29,724 bases of DNA from Chloroflexota bacterium (GTDB lineage: Bacteria > Chloroflexota > UBA5177): positions 1-29,724 of the forward strand of contig JBPCKK010000084.1 in NCBI GenBank assembly GCA_051004335.1, given 5' to 3'. The position numbers were made by a program, and so were the translations under genes. The notes under the pieces are model-generated. The model did no database searches. It saw only the letters and a list, made by a program, of their open reading frames with translations, and had not been told where the DNA came from. Shown piece by piece: positions 25,103-29,724 of this stretch. Numbering within the stretch: position 1 is the stretch's first letter; each line of letters opens with the position of its first letter.

Positions 25103-25822
25103 CTACGACTTGACCGGCTTCTTCGCCTGCTCCTTTAAGCGGTACCCGACACCCCACACCGTCTCGATGAAACGCGGGTTGGATGAATCATCATTGAGTT
25201 TGGCCCGCAGCCGGCGGACATGCACATCAATCGTGCCGCTGTCGCCGAAAAAGTCATAGCCCCAGACGTCATGGAGCAGTTGCTCCCGGGTGAACACCAC
25301 ACCCGGCCGGCGGGCCAGCTCGACGAGCAGATCATACTCCTTTGCTCGGAGCGTGATCGTTTCCCCAAACAGGCGAACTTCACGCTTGTCGGTGTCGATT
25401 GTCATCTCACCGTAGTCCAGAAGTGTACTGGAATTCTCCGCCGCCGGTGCGGTACGCGCCCGACGCAGGATCGCCTTGACGCACGCCACCAATTCGCGGG
25501 GAACGAATGGTTTGGTCACATAGTCATCGGCGCCCAGCTCGAGACCAACGATCTTATCCTCATCACCCTCCCGGGCGGTGAGCATAATGATGGGCACATC
25601 GCTGCCCCGACGGATCTCACGGCAGACTTCCCAGCCGTCGATGTCCGGAAGCATGATGTCCAGTACGACCAGGGACGGCATATTCCGCCCAATTATCTCC
25701 AACGCCTCCGCGCCGCTGCGGGCGTGAGCCGTGGTGAATCCCTCGCGCTCCAGGTACATCGCAATCAGGCGAATGATCCCGGGCTCGTCATCCACGATCA
25801 GTACGTCGCCTTTGCTAACCAT
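25103..25822 (-). CDS. OmpR/PhoB family DNA-binding response regulator
   Basis: LIVDDE, phosphoacceptor LDIMLP, MLTA, DDYVTKPF, and winged helix with IDVHVRRLRAKL and IETVWGVGY. GGAGG SD before ATG 25822. Confidence 0.95.
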   Translation of the reverse strand: MVSKGDVLIVDDEPGIIRLIAMYLEREGFTTAHARSGAEALEIIGRNMPSLVVLDIMLPDIDGWEVCREIRRGSDVPIIMLTAREGDEDKIVGLELGADDYVTKPFVPRELVACVKAILRRARTAPAAENSSTLLDYGEMTIDTDKREVRLFGETITLRAKEYDLLVELARRPGVVFTREQLLHDVWGYDFFGDSGTIDVHVRRLRAKLNDDSSNPRFIETVWGVGYRLKEQAKKPVKS

Positions 25823-25905
25823 CATTCCTCCCCAGGTCGCCGCATCCGTACGAGCCGACACTGGACGGATAGTTGGTCGGGTAGTACAGGACTTGACTCT
25901 TGCCG

Positions 25906-26025
25906 ATTGTACCGCGCCCTCGAGCGTTGCTGAGTACCGCTCGGGACGACCTTCGTATTGTTCACGGAAAGTTAATCGGGTAGTAAGCCGGCGTCTAGAA
26001 AAGCGCGAGAAAACGTCCGTACACT
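25906..26025. promoter_or_regulatory. Divergent promoter region with an 11-bp-phased direct repeat (OmpR/PhoB-type box candidate)
   Basis: TACAAT on the minus strand at 25911-25906 and TACACT on the plus strand at 26020-26025. Between them are GTTCAC (25960) and GTTAAT (25971), 11 bp apart. Neither -10 has a good -35. Confidence 0.45.
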
Positions 26026-26061
26026 AAGGAAGGCTTCTATCTCCTTGAAAGATCGGAACGC

Positions 26062-26688
26062 ATGACTCACCGCTTCCTTTTCCCGAAGTCCGCCGTTGCT
26101 GTCCTCGCGCTGATGGTCGCTCTGGCGCTCAACCTAGCGCCGGCGGGCGCGCAGACCGTTCCGATCGTCCATAGCTATGACCGAGTGCATTTCATCGGGC
26201 AGGTGAGCAACGTGCTCGGCTCATCGACGATACCCGATTCTCTCTCTCTGCAGCTCGGTACCCTCGCGATTGACCTGCGCACGATCCCACGGACCACCGT
26301 CAAGGCGAATAGCGCGGAGGCTCAGGTCGAAGGGCTGGTCAATGGCGACTATGCACTGGTCACCGGCCGCCGAGTCAAGCGCGCGTGGGTCGCCGTTCGA
26401 ATTGTCTACGATGTGCGCCCGTTTGGGCCGCTGCGCCAGTTTTCGGGCACTATTCTGCGAGTGTCGCCCAATAACGTTCGGCTGCTCCTCAAGCTGGATA
26501 CCGGTCACAACCTGTGGGTACGCGCAAGCCCCAAAGCGCACTTCCGAATGGATGGCCATCTCCTGGATGTACCGCCTGTTTTCACTAAGGGAGAGACAAT
26601 CCAGATTCTCGCTTTGAACGACTATGGTTGGACGGCCTACGAGATCGATCTGCACTCGCCGTTCTACGGTAATTGGCGTTTGCGCTAG
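26062..26688 (+). CDS. Secreted protein with two DUF5666-like repeats
   Basis: Signal peptide ending APAGA. Two repeats, FIGQVSNV...GDYALVTG...WVAVRI and FSGTILRV...GETIQI...WTAYEI. Confidence 0.7.
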   Translation: MTHRFLFPKSAVAVLALMVALALNLAPAGAQTVPIVHSYDRVHFIGQVSNVLGSSTIPDSLSLQLGTLAIDLRTIPRTTVKANSAEAQVEGLVNGDYALVTGRRVKRAWVAVRIVYDVRPFGPLRQFSGTILRVSPNNVRLLLKLDTGHNLWVRASPKAHFRMDGHLLDVPPVFTKGETIQILALNDYGWTAYEIDLHSPFYGNWRLR

Positions 26689-26930
26689 CTCGCTACCTTC
26701 TTGCTGTCTTCCAGTGCGCTACCCGTAACGCGCCACTTGAGAAAATGCAAGCGTTCCCATTCGCTCAGACTGAAGGACGGCCCTTCGTCCAGTCGGAACT
26801 CGCGACTGCAGGGCGGGGAACAGAATGGACCGACACGTCCATTCTCGACCACGCGCCAGTACCAATTTTCATTGGAATTGTCAACTGGCTCTCCCCGTGG
26901 GGAGCCGCACTTCAAGCACTTATATTCCAT
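26685..26930 (-). CDS. Small TRASH/MYM-like zinc-finger protein
   Basis: MEYKCLKCG...GPFCSPPC (C-x2-C-x28-C-x3-C). GAGG SD 8 nt before ATG 26930. Its stop interlocks with the DUF5666 stop in CTAG at 26685-26688. Confidence 0.65.
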   Translation of the reverse strand: MEYKCLKCGSPRGEPVDNSNENWYWRVVENGRVGPFCSPPCSREFRLDEGPSFSLSEWERLHFLKWRVTGSALEDSKKVAS

Positions 26931-27101
26931 GGGCATTGCCTCGATCTAGAGTATGGCAATCAGTATAAAGCTTCCCGGCGAAAAAGCAATGTACTTTCGG
27001 GCACAAAAGTGGAAGGACATACGCCCTACGGCGGCGGCGTGTGTTCCTACTTACGTCGGGACGCTACCATAGAGCCACAGAGAACAGGACGCGGGAAAAA
27101 C

Positions 27102-27695
27102 ATGCAACGGGGCGATGTCATCGTGTTGCGCGCCCACAAGTCGGACGGCACGGTCTACCGCTGGTGGCGGGCAGCCGTGGAGTCGATTGACGCCGAGCGC
27201 GTAGTGGTGGTGAACCGAGTTGGCGACCGGGTGGATGGCCCGGGCGGTGGGTGGTCGTGGAAGCACGCTCTGCGCGCCACCTACTGGTTCGATCGCTCGT
27301 ACAACCTGGTCGAGGCGTACCATGCTGATGGCCGGCTCAAACAGATCTATATCCATATCGCCACGCCGGCCGTTATCCAGACCAACTCGCTGAACTATAC
27401 CGACCTGGAACTGGACGTGATCAAACGGCCGGGCCAACCTCTACGCATCGTGGACGAGGATGAGTTCGACGAGGCGGCGCGCTGCTACGGATACACGCCC
27501 GAATTTCAGTGCTCCTGTCGGGAAGCGGTGGACGAAGCTATGCGGTTGGCGAAGTCTTGGCGCTGCACCGGCGCGCCCACAATGCCCGACAAGCGCTCCT
27601 CCCGCCGTTGGCGGAGGCGCCGGCGGCGATCCACTCAGGACGTACGCACGGAGGTCCCGGTCGCCGACTCGAGTACACGTAGCAACGACGTATAG
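27102..27695 (+). CDS. DUF402 family protein (FomD/Ntdp-like nucleotide phosphatase fold)
   Basis: Start moved to ATG 27102: RAHKSDGTVYRWW, YWFDRSYNL, IYIHIATP, YTDLELDV and VDEDEF motifs. Confidence 0.85.
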   Translation: MQRGDVIVLRAHKSDGTVYRWWRAAVESIDAERVVVVNRVGDRVDGPGGGWSWKHALRATYWFDRSYNLVEAYHADGRLKQIYIHIATPAVIQTNSLNYTDLELDVIKRPGQPLRIVDEDEFDEAARCYGYTPEFQCSCREAVDEAMRLAKSWRCTGAPTMPDKRSSRRWRRRRRRSTQDVRTEVPVADSSTRSNDV

Positions 27696-28528
27696 TCGCA
27701 TCTGCCGAATCCGGCGGCTTGGGCCACGCTATACAGCTGGCGGGCCAGGGCCGTCAGAAACAGGGGCACGCCGGAGTCGGCGCCCAGATCGAGGGCCAAG
27801 CCCAGGTCTTTGACCAACAGATCGGTCATGAATCCCGGCTCAAACGTCCCGCTGAAGGCGCGTCGAGGGAAGTGGTTGGAGAGTTGCCAGCTCGCTCCCG
27901 AGCTGGCGCCAATGACCTCGGCCATGGTTGCCACGTCCGCACCCGCCTTAGCGCCGAGGACCAACGCTTCAGCAGTAGCCGCCGCGATGGCGCCGGCCAG
28001 CACGTTGTTTACCAGTTTGATCACCTCTCCGGAGCCCGAGGGACCAACATGGAAGATTTTCCTTCCCATGGCCTCCAGCACCGGACGAACCCGCGCCAGA
28101 GCTTCCGCTTCGCCGCCCACCATAACGCTTAGAGTTCCTGCGTCGGCGCCCAGCGTTCCTCCGCTGACCGGTGCATCCAGAAACTGGACGCCCTGTGCCT
28201 GGCAACGCTCGGCAAGGGACCGGCTCATCTCGGGCGCGATCGTGCTCATATCCACCACGATCAAATTCTTGCCTGCTCCGGTCAGGATGCCCTCTGATCC
28301 GCTGACCAGCGCCTCCACATCCGGAGAGTTCGTCACACAGAGAATGAGCACGTCCACCATCGCCGCCAGTTTCCCTGGTGAGTCGGCCCAACCGGCTCCC
28401 GCCGCACGCAGTTCATCGGCGCTCTCCGGTCGCCGTGCCCAAACGGTGAGCGGAAAGCCCGCCTTCATCACATTGCCGGACATGGGGCGACCCATCGCCC
28501 CGAGGCCAATAAACCCAACGCGATCCAC
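27635..28528 (-). CDS. NAD(P)-dependent beta-hydroxyacid dehydrogenase (3-hydroxyisobutyrate dehydrogenase / tartronate semialdehyde reductase family)
   Basis: GFIGLGAMG, DMSTI, FLDAPVSGG and catalytic VIKLVNN. GGAGG SD before GTG 28528. Confidence 0.92.
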   Translation of the reverse strand: MDRVGFIGLGAMGRPMSGNVMKAGFPLTVWARRPESADELRAAGAGWADSPGKLAAMVDVLILCVTNSPDVEALVSGSEGILTGAGKNLIVVDMSTIAPEMSRSLAERCQAQGVQFLDAPVSGGTLGADAGTLSVMVGGEAEALARVRPVLEAMGRKIFHVGPSGSGEVIKLVNNVLAGAIAAATAEALVLGAKAGADVATMAEVIGASSGASWQLSNHFPRRAFSGTFEPGFMTDLLVKDLGLALDLGADSGVPLFLTALARQLYSVAQAAGFGRCDYTSLLRVLESATGTSVRTS

Positions 28529-28603
28529 ACCGTCCTCCCAATTGCAGTAATGCCTTGAGCATACGCGCTCAGGACAGCGTTGCTAGACTTGACCGAGGTT
28601 TCT

Positions 28604-29724
28604 ATGCTCGACAGTTTCCGTAGCCGGCTCGTTATCTCGAATCTGCTGATCACGCTGCTCGGGCTCCTGGTCATCGTTGCCGTCTTCTTTAACGTGCTGG
28701 CCAATCGGAGCCAGGATGTGAAACGCAACGCGCTCACCACCGATTCACGCCTGGTGGCCAACCAGCTGGAAGATTACTTTCAGAGCCGAGCCGGAGCCGA
28801 ACTGACCGTACAACAACTGGTGAATCAGACCAGTCGCGCGTTGCGGGTGCGCGTGATCGTCGTCCGACGTGGCACCAACAAGATCATCGCCGACTCCAGC
28901 CGGCGCACGCCGTTCTTTAACGGGAGTTGGACACTCGACCGGCGCGCTCTCGATCGTGCACAAACGGCGACCGGCGTGGCACGTGACGGCAAGGTTCAGA
29001 CTTTTCAGACTCCGCTAGAGGGCACGCGCGGCCACATCATTGGCGCCGTCGTTCTGGTGGCCAATGTGAGTGACGTTCGGCCGAGCCTGGGTGACTTTCG
29101 CGACCTCTTCCTTATCGTGCTGGGCACGGCTGCTCTTGTCTGGCTTGCCATTGGTCTGTTTTTCACCTTCTCGATCTCGCGGCCGTTGCTGCGCGTGATT
29201 CATGCGACCCAGCGGATGGCTCGGGGGCAGTACGACGCTCGTGTGCCACCTGGTGGCAACGGGGAGATCGCCCGTCTGGCCAGCAGTTTCAATGTCATGG
29301 CCCACCAGGTGCAGGGAAGTAATCGCACCCTCAAAGACTTCGTAGCCAACGTCTCCCACGATCTACGTACACCATTGACCATGATCACCGGCTTCTCCAC
29401 CGCGCTGATCGACGGCACGGCCCGCCCCGAGGAGGTGGAGGAGGCGGCCACGGTCATCCACGACGAAGCGGTGAAGATGCAGCACATGGTGGACGATCTT
29501 CTGCAGCTCACTCGTCTGGAATCCGGGCTGTTTTCCTTCCGCCGTCAGCCTGTCGAGGTTCAGCTTTTTGTGCAGAGTGTCATCGAGCGCGTTGCCCGAA
29601 CCCACAGCGGCACGGCGGTGGCTCAGATACTCAATCAGGCGCCGGCCGGGGTTCCGCCGATCGCCGTGGCTCATGCACACTTCGAGCGGGCCCTGCGTAA
29701 GTCGTTGGAGAATGCCCTGCAATA
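28604..29724 (+). CDS. HAMP-domain sensor histidine kinase (3' end runs off the window)
   Basis: Not in the ORF track because no stop lies in the window. Manual translation from ATG 28604 gives two TM segments, HAMP (SRPLLRVIHATQRMARG...EIARLASSFNVMA), H-box FVANVSHDLRTPL and the start of the N-box (ENAL). Confidence 0.93.
   Translation, partial: MLDSFRSRLVISNLLITLLGLLVIVAVFFNVLANRSQDVKRNALTTDSRLVANQLEDYFQSRAGAELTVQQLVNQTSRALRVRVIVVRRGTNKIIADSSRRTPFFNGSWTLDRRALDRAQTATGVARDGKVQTFQTPLEGTRGHIIGAVVLVANVSDVRPSLGDFRDLFLIVLGTAALVWLAIGLFFTFSISRPLLRVIHATQRMARGQYDARVPPGGNGEIARLASSFNVMAHQVQGSNRTLKDFVANVSHDLRTPLTMITGFSTALIDGTARPEEVEEAATVIHDEAVKMQHMVDDLLQLTRLESGLFSFRRQPVEVQLFVQSVIERVARTHSGTAVAQILNQAPAGVPPIAVAHAHFERALRKSLENALQ

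Noticed and set aside
27017-27044. 9-bp hairpin ACATACGCC/GGCGTGTGT between the zinc-finger and DUF402 genes
   Set aside because: It needs a G-U pair, has a 10-nt loop and no U-tract, and sits between divergent genes. It is too weak to call a terminator or ncRNA.
26673-27101. N-terminal 143 aa of the 340-aa ORF as part of DUF402
   Set aside because: DUF402 similarity begins at ATG 27102. The extension overlaps the DUF5666 stop and the minus-strand zinc-finger gene.
29660-29724. Degenerate kinase N-box (AHAHFERALRKSLENAL rather than D..RL.Q.L.NLL.NA) as a pseudokinase sign
   Set aside because: It lies in the last ~60 nt of the window, where the domain is truncated and end-of-contig errors are possible. 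The H-box is intact.

Overview
A 29.7 kb, GC-rich, gene-dense bacterial window with no rRNA, tRNA, CRISPR array or mobile element that I can support. The gene content (sortase-type signal, PIP-synthase-like enzyme, Eis-like GNAT, DUF1616) suggests a monoderm such as Chloroflexota or Actinomycetota; this is inference only. (1) 1-11167 is a mostly minus-strand surface-glycan locus: DPM1-like GT2, GT2, GalE, HddA, GmhA, an inverted SAM methyltransferase, two GT4s, a polytopic GT-C-like protein, DUF1616 and a Wzx-like flippase cut by the window start. (2) 11.7-14.8 kb holds orphan-like genes: an RHH-like protein, a Cys/His-motif membrane protein, a Cys-rich sORF, a sortase-type surface protein and a LbH acetyltransferase. 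(3) 14.9-19.3 kb (plus) encodes a stand-alone GAF protein, a CaCA antiporter, an M20 dipeptidase and a GH5 glycanase. (4) 19.3-25.8 kb (minus) is the strongest novelty candidate: OmpR-family regulator, class III aminotransferase, Gfo/Idh/MocA dehydrogenase, AUR1/IPC-synthase-like PAP2, PIP-synthase-like CDP-alcohol phosphatidyltransferase, DedA and Eis-like acetyltransferase. Its gene content fits a pathway that builds an amino-cyclitol or amino-sugar phospholipid head group. (5) 26-29.7 kb has a DUF5666-like secreted protein, a small TRASH-like zinc finger, DUF402, a beta-hydroxyacid dehydrogenase and a HAMP histidine kinase cut by the window end. All family calls are from motif recognition by eye; no database search was run. 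Several starts were moved from the ORF track using SD sites, gene overlaps and homology.
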